In this document: piece after piece, positions 1 through 9,411 of the stretch
How the letters are laid out: every line of letters begins with the position of its first letter
Position numbering within the stretch: the stretch's first letter is position 1
NCBI GenBank assembly: GCA_020721805.1
Contig: DYMB01000007.1
Location: 30,307-94,306 of the forward strand
Direction of reading: 5' to 3'
From: Acetofilamentum sp.
GTDB lineage: Bacteria; Hydrothermota; 32-111
DNA: 64,000 nt
Position numbers and translations under genes: made by a program
Notes under the pieces: generated by a model
Told to the model about the DNA's origin: nothing
What the model saw: only the letters and a program-made list of their open reading frames with translations
Database searches by the model: none

Positions 1-351
1 TATCTCGATTTTACCGAATTCCTGTTCCCTTTTTTTAATATATGTTATAGATTGAGGATTATCGAGCGGTGGTTTTGTGTTGGGCATGATACCTATGGAT
101 GTGTAGCCACCACTGAGTGCTGCATGACAACCTGAGAAAATATCTTCTTTGAATTCTTCCCCGGGCTCTCTTAAATGTGAATGTAAATCAACAAAGGATG
201 GTAAAACATATTTTCCCTTTAAATCTATACCTTCCTCTTTTTTAGAATCATTTATAGATTTTATAATCCCATTTTCTATAACTATCGTTTTATCCTTCAT
301 TATCCTGTCATGGTTGACTATGGTGCAGTTTTTCAAAACGAGTCTATTCAT
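1..351 (-). CDS. pyrC: dihydroorotase, N-terminal part (gene runs off the left edge)
   Basis: My own reverse-complement translation from the ATG at 351..349 gives MNRLVLKNCTIVNHDRIMKDKTIVIENGIIKSI...YVLPSFVDLHSHLREPGEEFKEDI...GGYTSIGIMPNTKPP. DLHSHLREPG matches the HxH metal-binding motif of dihydroorotases. The ATG overlaps the pyrB stop (ATGAATAG). It is absent from the ORF track because there is no stop in the window. Confidence 0.8.
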   Translation of the reverse strand, partial: MNRLVLKNCTIVNHDRIMKDKTIVIENGIIKSINDSKKEEGIDLKGKYVLPSFVDLHSHLREPGEEFKEDIFSGCHAALSGGYTSIGIMPNTKPPLDNPQSITYIKKREQEFGKIEI

Positions 352-1270
352 TTGTTCCTCCATTGAGTAGATAGAGTATAGCCATCCTTACGGCAACTCC
401 ATTGGTAACCTGATCGAGTATTACAGATTTTTCGGAATCAGCAACAGTTCCATCAAGTTCAACACCTCTGTTTATTGGACCGGGATGCATTATTATGCTT
501 TTATTCTTTATTTTTAAATACCTTTCATATGTTAACGAATATTCTTTTATATATTCCCTCAAAGAAGGGAAAAGGGCTTTTTCCTGTCTTTCCATCTGCA
601 TTCTTAGAATATAAACCACATCCTTATTTTCTAAAGCTTTGTCTATATCGTATTCTACCTTTACATTAAAATCGTTTAGATATAAAGGCATAAGTGTTGG
701 GGGAGCACAGAGTGTTACCCAGGTACCATATTTCATAAATCCCCATATAAGAGATCGTGCAACCCTTGAATGTAAAATATCACCAAGAATTAAAATATTT
801 AAATTTTTCAGATCACCAAAAATTTCTTTTATTGTCATAAAATCGAGTAACGCCTGTGTTGGATGCTCATGCAGACCATCACCAGCATTTATAATGTTCG
901 ATTTTATTCTTTCAGCAAGAAATTTTGGAGCTCCGGAAGAACTGTGTCTGATGACAACCATATCCGTTTTCATCGATTCAATATTTTTTGCAGTATCCAG
1001 TAGTGATTCACCTTTCATCACGGAGGATGTTTTAGTGGAAACATTTATGGAATCAGCTGAAAGATGCTTTTCGGCAAGTGAGAAGGAAACGAGTGTTCTT
1101 GTACTTGGTTCAAAAAAAAGATTTACAACAGTTTTTCCCCTCAAAGCTGGAACTTTTTTTATGGGTCTTGAAAGGATTTCTTTGAATGAAAAAGCATTTT
1201 TCAAAATGAAATCTATCTCTTCTCTTGATAATTCTTCTATAGATAGGAGATGTTTTTTCGTCCAGTTCAA
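344..1270 (-). CDS. pyrB: aspartate carbamoyltransferase catalytic subunit
   Basis: 308 aa with the motifs EPSTRTLVSF, HEHPTQALLD, DILHSRVARS and MHPGPINRGVE. Sits between pyrR and pyrC. Confidence 0.95.
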   Translation of the reverse strand: MNWTKKHLLSIEELSREEIDFILKNAFSFKEILSRPIKKVPALRGKTVVNLFFEPSTRTLVSFSLAEKHLSADSINVSTKTSSVMKGESLLDTAKNIESMKTDMVVIRHSSSGAPKFLAERIKSNIINAGDGLHEHPTQALLDFMTIKEIFGDLKNLNILILGDILHSRVARSLIWGFMKYGTWVTLCAPPTLMPLYLNDFNVKVEYDIDKALENKDVVYILRMQMERQEKALFPSLREYIKEYSLTYERYLKIKNKSIIMHPGPINRGVELDGTVADSEKSVILDQVTNGVAVRMAILYLLNGGTNE

Positions 1271-1806
1271 ATTTCCTCCTTTTCAAGAAGATCCTTATTA
1301 TCGGTCTCTTTTAAAAAAAGATTTATGGTAAAATTTGGGGGCGTTTCAATTTCGACACCCGTAAAATCTGGTCTGATCGGTAATTCCCTTGCTTTTCTAT
1401 CAACAAGGACATATAGTAAAATTTTTTTTGGTCTTCCTATATCATGTATTTCGACAAGCGCGCTTCTTATGGTTCTTCCAGTGAAAAATATATCATCAAA
1501 AAGATAAACTATTTTATCATTGATATCGAACAGAATTTCCGTTGACCTTACAATTGGTTGGTGTGATATTAAGGAAAGATCATCCCTGTATAAGTTTATA
1601 TCGATCCTTCCTAAAGGAATCTCTATATTTTTTTTTTGAAGTATTTTATCTGAAACTCTTTTTGCTATTATGTCACCTCTTTTCAGTATCCCTATAAAAA
1701 CGACTTTTGACAGATCAGTCTCATCCTCTATAATTTGGTTTGCCATGTTATCTAAAATATTTTCTATATCTTTTTCTATAAGTAAAATCTCTTTTCGTTT
1801 TGTCAT
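1267..1806 (-). CDS. pyrR: bifunctional pyrimidine regulator / uracil phosphoribosyltransferase PyrR
   Basis: PRPP-binding motif VYLFDDIFFTGRTIRSAL and PyrR-like length. I prefer the start at ATG 1806 (MTKRKEILLIEKD...), which avoids overlap with the upstream ORF. The ORF-track start is 1833. There is a 4-nt overlap with pyrB. Confidence 0.85.
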   Translation of the reverse strand: MTKRKEILLIEKDIENILDNMANQIIEDETDLSKVVFIGILKRGDIIAKRVSDKILQKKNIEIPLGRIDINLYRDDLSLISHQPIVRSTEILFDINDKIVYLFDDIFFTGRTIRSALVEIHDIGRPKKILLYVLVDRKARELPIRPDFTGVEIETPPNFTINLFLKETDNKDLLEKEEI

Positions 1807-1813
1807 ATTCCGC

Positions 1814-2260
1814 CTACTTTTTAAAATTTTCATTTATGTATTTTATAGCTTCCGTTATATTATTCTCTTTTAAAAGTTTAACGACATTCTCAATTTTTTT
1901 ATCCCTATCGTTAGAATCCGTTGATGTGTCATCAAAAAAAAGATCCCTTGTTGAAGAATTGGTATCAAAACTAAAGTTATCACTTTCGATCCGTTCATCA
2001 ATATTTTTGAAAAGATCTTCCCGCATCATATCTTTTGATGGTATATCCTGCGGATCATCTTTTAGAGTATTATCGATCGGCTCTGTTTCTTTTGGTTTAT
2101 CTATTGTTGAACTCCCTAAATTTTGTATTCCATCCTCCTTGTTCTCTTTTGGAACATCTTTAAATAGTTTTTCAGTTTTTTCGTTAAATATTTTAGAAAA
2201 AGGATTATTTGGGTTTGAATCTTTTTTGGTTGAAATCTTTTTTAAAAAATCATCAGCCAT
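1814..2260 (-). CDS. hypothetical acidic, low-complexity (probably disordered) protein
   Basis: 148-aa ORF rich in D, E, K, N and S, with no TM segment or signal peptide. It is tightly coupled to its neighbours (8-nt overlap upstream, 7-nt gap to pyrR). No recognisable motif. Confidence 0.5.
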   Translation of the reverse strand: MADDFLKKISTKKDSNPNNPFSKIFNEKTEKLFKDVPKENKEDGIQNLGSSTIDKPKETEPIDNTLKDDPQDIPSKDMMREDLFKNIDERIESDNFSFDTNSSTRDLFFDDTSTDSNDRDKKIENVVKLLKENNITEAIKYINENFKK

Positions 2261-3296
2261 TGATTTCTCCTTCTTTCAAAAGTTTTAATTTTTCTTTTGC
2301 TTCCTGTAGGTATGGATTTATCTCAAGAGCTTTTGACCAATTTTTGATAGCATCGTCATATTTTTTCAGAGAATAGTATGCGTTACCAAGAGAAAGGTAT
2401 GCTTCAGAGAAATCCGGATTCAACTCTATAGCTTTTTTGAAATTTTCTGTGGCTATTTCAAAATTGTTGTTTGAAAGATACATCATTCCAAGGTTATTGT
2501 AAACTTCTGCAAAATCGGGAAATATTTCAAGTGCTTTTTTAAAAAACTCTTCAGCTTTTTGAGCGTTACCAAGTTTTTGATATGTTTGTGCAACATTGTT
2601 GTAAATTTCAGGTGAACTTGTGTCAAGTTCAAGAGCTTTTAAAAAGTAATTTAGTGCAGAGGAAAAAATACCCCTGTAAAATAAAATAAGCCCTCTTTCA
2701 TTGTATATCTTGGCTTGCATCAAGGAAAACTCTTTTTCTCTCTTTTTGTTTATCTCATCTTCAAATTGAACCACCTTTAGTATATTCTCTGATATATTCT
2801 CCATTTTGGCTGAAAAATTTTCAAGAAAATTTATTAAGGTTTGAGATTTTTGGTCCATCGAATTTAACATTTTTTTATTCTCTTCAAGATCCATTGTAAT
2901 GGATTCCATAATCTTTTCAAAACCACCAGAGATGTTTTCAGTTTTTGAAAGAATTTGGGAAAGATCCTCTTTAAGGTTTTCAGAAAAAACCTTTAACATT
3001 TCTTTAAATTCAGGGAGTATCGATATTGTCTCATTTATAGCATCAAATCTTAAAATCGTTTCGTTTAAATTGTTTGTTATGTTTTCTTTTGACTCTTGGT
3101 TTTCCTCAACGATCTTTTTCAATTCATTCAGGATATCGTGATAAAATTTGTTATCATTCTCTTTTGCGACTGGATTATCGGAAGTACTTTTAACCTGATC
3201 TTTTTCTGACTCTACTTTATTTTCGGATTCATCATTTTTATCTTCTACAGGATTTTGAGTATCAGGATTTTGAGTGTTTTGAACATTTTCTTCCAT
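2253..3296 (-). CDS. coiled-coil / TPR repeat protein
   Basis: 347 aa. It has an acidic N-terminus and a long heptad-like middle. The C-terminal part has about four canonical TPR units (ALNYFLKALELD..., AEEFFKKALEIFPDFAEVYNNLG, ATENFKKAIELNPDFSEAYLSLGNAY, AIKNWSKALEINP). Confidence 0.75.
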   Translation of the reverse strand: MEENVQNTQNPDTQNPVEDKNDESENKVESEKDQVKSTSDNPVAKENDNKFYHDILNELKKIVEENQESKENITNNLNETILRFDAINETISILPEFKEMLKVFSENLKEDLSQILSKTENISGGFEKIMESITMDLEENKKMLNSMDQKSQTLINFLENFSAKMENISENILKVVQFEDEINKKREKEFSLMQAKIYNERGLILFYRGIFSSALNYFLKALELDTSSPEIYNNVAQTYQKLGNAQKAEEFFKKALEIFPDFAEVYNNLGMMYLSNNNFEIATENFKKAIELNPDFSEAYLSLGNAYYSLKKYDDAIKNWSKALEINPYLQEAKEKLKLLKEGEING

Positions 3297-3308
3297 ATAT
3301 ACTCCTTT

Positions 3309-6300
3309 TTATATTATTATTCTATAATCGGAGAAAAGGTTTCTATAATATTTTGTTTTCATAAATTCCGAAGAGAAACTTTCATCCATTTTTTTTGCTT
3401 TTAACATACCCTCTATTTCACCATAATATCCAAGTTTTTTCATTAAGTTTATAAGGTGATTTATATGTTTTTTCGAAGAAGAATTTCTTAACTTTGATGC
3501 TATTTCAAGTGCAAAGGTGATGTTTCCAACTTTCTCATATGATAAAGATAACAAATATATTCTTTCGAATTCTAGATTTTCGTCGTTGAGTTTTGTGTTT
3601 AAAATATTTATGGATTCATAATATCTCTGTTGTTTTATTAGCATCAAAGCATATTCTATCAAAAGATTTTCATCCTTTTCTTTTTTCTCGTTAAACATTT
3701 TTTCCATGTTCGCACTTTTTTTACTCTTCTCTTCCTCATACATTTGATAAACTATATCGTAGTAAAGATCCGAATCGACATTTTTTATCGTGTTTAAAAT
3801 TTCGTTTCTTTTTTCCTCTTTGTTTAAGAATTTATATGCCTCGGCGAGCAAGATTCCGTATCTGATCTTTTCATCATCTTTCGTTGTTTTTTCATATATT
3901 TCGGAAGTGAGTCGAATCAATTTATCATACTCTTTGAGATCAAAATATATATGTGAGAGTAAAAAGACTATTTTTGAATTTCTCGGATCACGCGTCAAAA
4001 TAAGATTGGCTTTTTCGATAATCTTTGTAAAAGTTGTGATATCTGATGTGAGATAAAGGAAATTTAACCAGTTGGAAGCATTTTCATAATCATCCTTTTC
4101 AAAATAGAGGTCAACGAGAAATAACTGTAAATCAACATCTTTGTTTTCAAGATCGATTATTCTGTCTATTATTTCATCTATATATTTTTTGTTCTTCTTG
4201 ACTATTTTAGAATAGAGTTCAACAGCCTCTTTGAATTTACCGATTTTCATATTTGAATCAGCAAGAGAAATTAGAAGAAAAGTGTTGTTCGGTTCATTTA
4301 CAAGCATTTCATTATAAAAATTTATCACATTTTCAGTTTCACCTGGATTTATAAGTTCTATCTGTCTTAGAAGTGCTATAGCCTGCATATAATTATGCAT
4401 ATCCTTGTATACTTGAGCGAGTGAAAATCTGGCATCTATTTCTTCCGGTTGCTGGTTAATTATAAATTGCAATTGGGTGATCACTTTTCCCCTAAGTTCG
4501 GTTTCTATAGACATCGCATTGTAAAGATAATCTGAAGCGAGTTTGTATAAACCTTTTTTTGAATAGAAAATACCCGTTGCAAAAAGTATCTCTCCGTTTT
4601 CACTCTCCTTTTCTATGTATCCTGTAAGCATATTTATAATCCTATCGAGATAGGAAGAATCCATTTCAAAAGTTTCATAAAGTTTAGAGATACCTTTTTG
4701 ATATTCTCCCTTTTCAAGATATAATGTTCCAACCGAAAATGTGAGGAGAGGATTGTTTTTTATATTTTCATTCCATTTTTCTAACTCGTTTATAACTATT
4801 TCAGTTTGATTTTGATCTATTCTAACTATTTCCATCATTTCTTTAACTGCATCATCTATTTGTTTTAATAAAAAATAACCTAAAGAAAGAGTATAATGTA
4901 TCCTGAGTGAAAAAGGGTCATATTTTAAGAGTTCATTTAAAATATTTAGGGAATTTTCTATAACGGATTTATCAAGAATTATAGCCTGATAGAGAACTGT
5001 AGCTGCATCGTTTACCATACCTTTGTTTGAATATGCTTTTCCAAGATAGAATTTTATTTTGCCTGTTTTTTGTTGGTCAAGGTTTGTCGTCAACTGTTCA
5101 TATTCCTTGATTATTTTTTCATAGAAGCCCATTTCAACAAGGATCGAAAAAAGTTCCTCAACCAATTGAATATTTTCTGGAGAGAGTTTGTTCAAAGTAT
5201 ACAGATTATCAAGTAGATGTCCAAGTTTCGTCTTATCATTTCTAAAAACCATGAGAGATTCAAAAGCTCTTTGATATTCTTTCTTTTCTAAAAAGAAATT
5301 GAATTCAAATTCATATATGATTTCATTTTCCGGATAAGACTTTTTAATTCTATCGAGAAGTTCTAAAAGTTCATTTTCCTTTTCTGGAAATTTCTGAAAC
5401 ATCTCTTTTAAAATTCCAATAGAAAATTCAATTTCCGATGCAAGGTATGACATTTCACATAAAGAAAAGTTATAAAGGAAAGGATCGATTTTGCTTTTGT
5501 CTATATTCCTTAAAATTTTTAAAACCAGTTGCGCGACCTCTTTATCTTTTTGGGCTGGATTATAAAAATTTGGAATTATGATATAAAAAGTTTCAGGTTT
5601 TATTTTTAAAGTTTCAATTATCATTATTTCGGATTCTTTTATTTTTCCAGTTTTTAACATCGCAAGACTCAGATTTAACTTTACATCGATATCATCGGGG
5701 TTTTTGTTGTAAAGGATTTCGAGATATTTTTTGCTTAAGTTCAGATATTCATCTTTTTCTTTTGATAAAATATACTCACAAAGTTGTTTCAATTTTTCAT
5801 CTTCCTTTTTATCAAGATAGATCTGGCAGATGGTTTCAAGTGAATTTAAATTATCTGGATTTTTATCAAGTATTCTATTAACAAGTTTCTCTGTATCGAA
5901 TGTAAACGAATTATTTTTAAAGTATACGGATTTCGCTATCAAAGAGGATGCATCTATCTCATCTTTATCGAAAAGTATGTTAGCTTTGAAAATGAGTATC
6001 TCCTCGTTTGTTAAATTTTCTTTTTCAAGTTTATCTATCATATCGAGTATAAAAGTATTTTCATCCCTGTTTAACTCATAAATTTTTTCCAGTTGTGTTA
6101 AAATATTCTTCAAATCTTTTTTTATAAAGAAGATTTTACTTAAAACCTTGTATCCCTCAATAAGTTCTGGAGCATTTTGTATTATCTGATAGGCTTTTCT
6201 TGTCAACTCATCTTCTATCTGATTCTTATCTTTAATTATTTCCTCAATCAGATCTATGGCTTTAATGTAATCTTTTTTTTCAAGAGCAAAATCTATTATT

Positions 6301-7097
6301 GAATATTTACTTGATTCGGATATCTCTGTGGTATCGGATATATGTTCCTCAATTCTTGTTGAAATATCACTTTTTATCTTAGGATCGATGGTTAATGCTT
6401 TTTGGAAATATGTGATAGCCTTGTCTTTATCGTTTATTATCAAATACAGATCACCTATTGCCATAAATGGTGCAGGATTTACATAAGTTATTTTTGAAAT
6501 ATTCAGGTATTCGTTCAAAATGTAATCTCTTTCTTTCACCTGTGTTCTAAATACGATTTCAAGTATCGGTTTTGCTTCATTGAAATTTTTGTTATAAAGA
6601 TACAATATGCCTGTTATAAGATATGTTTCAATATCTTTTTTTGTCAGTTGTTCAACCGTTTTTGTGGATTTTATATTTTTAAACTGTTTGTCAAAATTTG
6701 ATATTAAGTTTTTTATCTCATCCTGCGATAAAGTATCAAAGATTTTTTTTAAAGCTTCAAAATTTCTTTTTTTAATATAGAGTTCAAAAAGTAGTGCTGC
6801 TGTTAGATCCTTTTGTGAATTTGAACGGTAATGTAAATCTTCACAAACATTCAAAATTTTATTCATCTCCTCGGGTGAAATAAGATATGAATTTTTTAAA
6901 GAAGTAACAGATTCGGATATTTTCCCCATTTCAAACTGTGTTTTTGCGAGTTCAAGTAAAATAATAAAATCTGATTTTGAGTTTTTAATACTCTTTTTTA
7001 ACAATTGTTCAGCCTTATCATGTTTTCCCTCTACTCTTAGTTTAGTGCTCTTTTCTACTATCTTCAAAGGATCGTTTGAGGAAAATATATCTAACAT
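3309..7097 (-). CDS. very large all-helical TPR-like repeat protein (1262 aa), no signal peptide
   Basis: Uninterrupted 3.8-kb ORF with a GGAGGA Shine-Dalgarno 4 nt before ATG 7097. Repeated TPR-like units occur throughout (e.g. AITYFQKALTIDPK, GDLYLIINDKDKA, AQVYKDMHNYMQAIALLRQIELINP). No hydrophobic N-terminus. Confidence 0.75.
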   Translation of the reverse strand: MLDIFSSNDPLKIVEKSTKLRVEGKHDKAEQLLKKSIKNSKSDFIILLELAKTQFEMGKISESVTSLKNSYLISPEEMNKILNVCEDLHYRSNSQKDLTAALLFELYIKKRNFEALKKIFDTLSQDEIKNLISNFDKQFKNIKSTKTVEQLTKKDIETYLITGILYLYNKNFNEAKPILEIVFRTQVKERDYILNEYLNISKITYVNPAPFMAIGDLYLIINDKDKAITYFQKALTIDPKIKSDISTRIEEHISDTTEISESSKYSIIDFALEKKDYIKAIDLIEEIIKDKNQIEDELTRKAYQIIQNAPELIEGYKVLSKIFFIKKDLKNILTQLEKIYELNRDENTFILDMIDKLEKENLTNEEILIFKANILFDKDEIDASSLIAKSVYFKNNSFTFDTEKLVNRILDKNPDNLNSLETICQIYLDKKEDEKLKQLCEYILSKEKDEYLNLSKKYLEILYNKNPDDIDVKLNLSLAMLKTGKIKESEIMIIETLKIKPETFYIIIPNFYNPAQKDKEVAQLVLKILRNIDKSKIDPFLYNFSLCEMSYLASEIEFSIGILKEMFQKFPEKENELLELLDRIKKSYPENEIIYEFEFNFFLEKKEYQRAFESLMVFRNDKTKLGHLLDNLYTLNKLSPENIQLVEELFSILVEMGFYEKIIKEYEQLTTNLDQQKTGKIKFYLGKAYSNKGMVNDAATVLYQAIILDKSVIENSLNILNELLKYDPFSLRIHYTLSLGYFLLKQIDDAVKEMMEIVRIDQNQTEIVINELEKWNENIKNNPLLTFSVGTLYLEKGEYQKGISKLYETFEMDSSYLDRIINMLTGYIEKESENGEILFATGIFYSKKGLYKLASDYLYNAMSIETELRGKVITQLQFIINQQPEEIDARFSLAQVYKDMHNYMQAIALLRQIELINPGETENVINFYNEMLVNEPNNTFLLISLADSNMKIGKFKEAVELYSKIVKKNKKYIDEIIDRIIDLENKDVDLQLFLVDLYFEKDDYENASNWLNFLYLTSDITTFTKIIEKANLILTRDPRNSKIVFLLSHIYFDLKEYDKLIRLTSEIYEKTTKDDEKIRYGILLAEAYKFLNKEEKRNEILNTIKNVDSDLYYDIVYQMYEEEKSKKSANMEKMFNEKKEKDENLLIEYALMLIKQQRYYESINILNTKLNDENLEFERIYLLSLSYEKVGNITFALEIASKLRNSSSKKHINHLINLMKKLGYYGEIEGMLKAKKMDESFSSEFMKTKYYRNLFSDYRIII

Positions 7098-7122
7098 TTA
7101 TCCTCCTTAAAAACTTTTTACT

Positions 7123-7151
7123 ATTTTACCAATTTACTTTACCATTGTCAA
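7123..7151 (-). promoter_or_regulatory. sigma70-type promoter for the TPR/pyr gene string (TTGACA-17-TAAAAT)
   Basis: The minus strand reads TTGACA ATGGTAAAGTAAATTGG TAAAAT. A 25-nt stretch follows that contains GGAGGA before ATG 7097. Confidence 0.5.
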
Positions 7152-7218
7152 TTATTATATTTAATTTTTATCTTGTAATTTTTTAAATTTTTTATAAAAT
7201 AATAGCCATAGATATAAT

Positions 7219-8265
7219 ATGAAAATAAAAAAATTTTTATTTTTACAATTTTTCTTGCTCTTTTTTATACATATTTTTTCTACTGAGAAATATTTCAGAT
7301 TTTTAAATGTTGATTTTTCAGGTATGGTTGAGGGAAATGAAAAAATAACAAAATCTGAGTATGAAAAGATCGAAGCATATAAAGTGGTTTACAATTCCAC
7401 ACGGCGGATCTGTTCTGTTGAACCGACTTTTTTGGGAAAGAATTTCCAAAAGGATATTTTTAACACAGGTGATTTTATAGGGAAAATAGAGGTATCATAC
7501 TTTGATACTTTTTTCTATTTTGAAGAAGAAAAAATTAAGGCAGAGAAAATGGTTTATTCATTTTACAACATAAATGGTGAAAAAATCGATTTAAAAGGTG
7601 ATATAGAAAAGATGATATTTTTAAAATATAAAATGAACAGTCAGAAGAATATACTCGTTTATTTTGAAAATCGATATAAAGAAAAAGTTTTAAATTTTGA
7701 CAAAGCGAAGATTACCAACATTAGAGTGAAAGATGAAAAGTTTAAAAAAATAATGGAAAAAACTTTTTATATTCAAGATGGTGATAGACTAACATCATAT
7801 CCAAACGAAAAAGGTTTTGAAAAAATTATAAGGGTTGAATACCCTGATTCATCTATGGATTCTTTTAAGTTATGGAGAGAAGAGAAATTTAACATAAAAA
7901 AAGTTGAAAAATTATATGAGGAACCTTATACGATTTTGAAAATTAAAGGTTGGGTTGAAGAAAAAAGTGTGGGGATACTCTATAAATGTATATATTTTGA
8001 TGAACTTGGTTATGTAAACAGGATAGTTTTTCTTGATTCTTTACAAAAGCCGATGGATGGTGATTCTGGTTATTCTATGAAATTGATAAAAAGAAATAAA
8101 AATTTTTCTATTGCTTCCATAGAATATTTTTCCTCGGATAATAAATATAAATCAATTATGCCACCCACTTCAAAACATAATGGAACTCCTCTTTACAGAT
8201 ATTTGCTGGAAAGATACATATACGATGATGAAAACAACCTTTTGGGGATTGAAAGGATAGAATGA
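7219..8265 (+). CDS. hypothetical secreted protein (signal peptide; possible YD-like beta-hairpin motifs)
   Basis: The N-terminus MKIKKFLFLQFFLLFFIHIFS looks like a signal peptide. It is the first gene of the envelope island. Motifs such as IYFDELGYVNRIVF and RYIYDDENNLLGIERIE resemble YD-type repeats only weakly. Confidence 0.55.
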   Translation: MKIKKFLFLQFFLLFFIHIFSTEKYFRFLNVDFSGMVEGNEKITKSEYEKIEAYKVVYNSTRRICSVEPTFLGKNFQKDIFNTGDFIGKIEVSYFDTFFYFEEEKIKAEKMVYSFYNINGEKIDLKGDIEKMIFLKYKMNSQKNILVYFENRYKEKVLNFDKAKITNIRVKDEKFKKIMEKTFYIQDGDRLTSYPNEKGFEKIIRVEYPDSSMDSFKLWREEKFNIKKVEKLYEEPYTILKIKGWVEEKSVGILYKCIYFDELGYVNRIVFLDSLQKPMDGDSGYSMKLIKRNKNFSIASIEYFSSDNKYKSIMPPTSKHNGTPLYRYLLERYIYDDENNLLGIERIE

Positions 8266-9386
8266 AGAAAAGTAAAAATATTCTTATTGTTAACTGGAGA
8301 GAGTTAAAAAATCCACTTTATGGTGGAGCTGAGATTCATATTACAAAGATTGCAGAATTCCTTGCAAAGGATCATAATGTTTTCTTTCTTTCTTCCTCTT
8401 ATGTTGGTTGCACCGATTACGAAAAAAATGGTGTTAAATATATTCATTTTGGAAAAGAGTATCTGTTTAACTTCTCGGTAATTTTTAACTTAAAAAGGAT
8501 TTTGAAAAATTATAGTATAGACCTTATCATTGAAGATATCAACAAATTGCCATTCTTTACTCCCCTGTTTACAAAAATTCCTGTATTTGTTATAGTTCCA
8601 CACATTTTTGGAAAAACTATTTTTAAACAGACCAATTTTGTTTTTGGTTTCTATATTTATATTTTCGAGAAATTTATACCCTTTGTATATAAGAATACAA
8701 TTTTTGAAGTCATTTCGAACTCTACAAAAGATGATCTGGTTAAAAGAGGTATAAAGCCAGACAAAATTTTTGTTATAGAATGCGGTATAGATGAGAAATT
8801 TTTTACAGATAGATATACAAAAAACGAGTTTCCTCAGATATGTTATGTTGGAAGATTAAAGAAATATAAATCAATAGATCATCTCATACTTGCTTTTCGA
8901 AAGGTAAAAGAAAAGATTAGAAATGTGAAACTATACATAGTTGGAACAGGTGATTATGAAATTAAATTAAAAAGACTTGTTGAAAATCTTAAACTTCATG
9001 ATGATGTAATTTTTACAGGTTATGTTTCCGAGGAAGAAAAAATAAAAATTTTACAGGAGAGTTGGATATCTGTTTATCCTTCCTTTATCGAGGGATGGGG
9101 TATAGTAAACATAGAATCCAATGCGCTTTCCACTCCTGTAATTTCTTCTAATGTTATGGGGCTAAAGGATTCTGTTAAAGATAATTTTTCTGGCTTATTA
9201 TATGAATATGGAAATATAGAAGAACTTTCTGAAAAAATTTTATTTCTTCTTAACAACAAAAAAATTCTTAAAAATTTTGAAAAAAATTCTGTTGAATGGG
9301 CAAAAAATTTTACATGGGAAAAGACTGGAAGAGAATCCCAAATCCTTATAGAGAACTTTTTAGGTATTGGACCTATTGACTTTTAA
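8262..9386 (+). CDS. glycosyltransferase family 4 (GT-B, Glycos_transf_1 type)
   Basis: N-terminal GGAEIH nucleotide-sugar GT4 signature. C-terminal EGWGIVNIE matches the E-x7-E motif, and GLKDSVKDNFSGLL is also present. ATGA overlap with the upstream gene. Confidence 0.85.
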   Translation: MKKSKNILIVNWRELKNPLYGGAEIHITKIAEFLAKDHNVFFLSSSYVGCTDYEKNGVKYIHFGKEYLFNFSVIFNLKRILKNYSIDLIIEDINKLPFFTPLFTKIPVFVIVPHIFGKTIFKQTNFVFGFYIYIFEKFIPFVYKNTIFEVISNSTKDDLVKRGIKPDKIFVIECGIDEKFFTDRYTKNEFPQICYVGRLKKYKSIDHLILAFRKVKEKIRNVKLYIVGTGDYEIKLKRLVENLKLHDDVIFTGYVSEEEKIKILQESWISVYPSFIEGWGIVNIESNALSTPVISSNVMGLKDSVKDNFSGLLYEYGNIEELSEKILFLLNNKKILKNFEKNSVEWAKNFTWEKTGRESQILIENFLGIGPIDF

Positions 9387-9404
9387 TATAATAAAATTTA
9401 AAAT
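9376..9404 (+). promoter_or_regulatory. sigma70-type promoter, predicted leaderless start at ATG 9412 (TTGACT-17-TAAAAT-7-ATG)
   Basis: TTGACT at 9376-9381 and TAAAAT at 9399-9404. Only 7 nt (TTATTTA) lie before the ATG and there is no Shine-Dalgarno. It lies across the 3' end of the GT4 gene. Confidence 0.5.
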
Positions 9405-9411
9405 TTATTTA

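Noticed and set aside
639-1331. 230-aa plus-strand ORF, plus 149..370, 475..669 and 1250..1507
   Set aside because: These are shadow ORFs antisense to pyrB, pyrC and pyrR. The minus-strand genes carry diagnostic motifs and the plus-strand products do not.
1807-1900. PyrR-binding RNA loop / attenuator upstream of pyrR or pyrB
   Set aside because: I read the minus strand upstream of pyrR and the pyrR/pyrB junction. I found no UCCAGAGAGG-like loop, no terminator/antiterminator pair, and essentially no non-coding space.
1800-2288. 162-aa plus-strand ORF. Similar cases are 34393..34869, 33246..33599, 50002..50379, 47385..47795, 57108..57485, 51250..51591, 16567..16860 and 19147..19440.
   Set aside because: All lie antisense to, or out of frame within, confidently identified genes. 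Their translations are F/S/L/I-rich nonsense with no motifs. They are treated as non-coding.
3309-7097. Whether the 1262-aa TPR protein could be the T9SS lipoprotein PorW/SprE
   Set aside because: PorW/SprE are lipoproteins with a signal peptide and lipobox. This protein starts MLDIFSSNDPLKIVEK, with no hydrophobic segment or Cys, so it is predicted to be cytoplasmic.
7213-7218. Perfect TATAAT directly abutting ATG 7219
   Set aside because: With no spacing, it cannot serve as the -10 box for this start codon. A weaker TTGTAA(7173)-16-TAAAAT(7195) is possible, but I could not support it well enough to list it.
9387-9392. TATAAT only 5 nt downstream of TTGACT 9376-9381
   Set aside because: The spacer is far too short for a sigma70 promoter. 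The TAAAAT at 9399-9404, with a 17-nt spacer, is the plausible -10 box.
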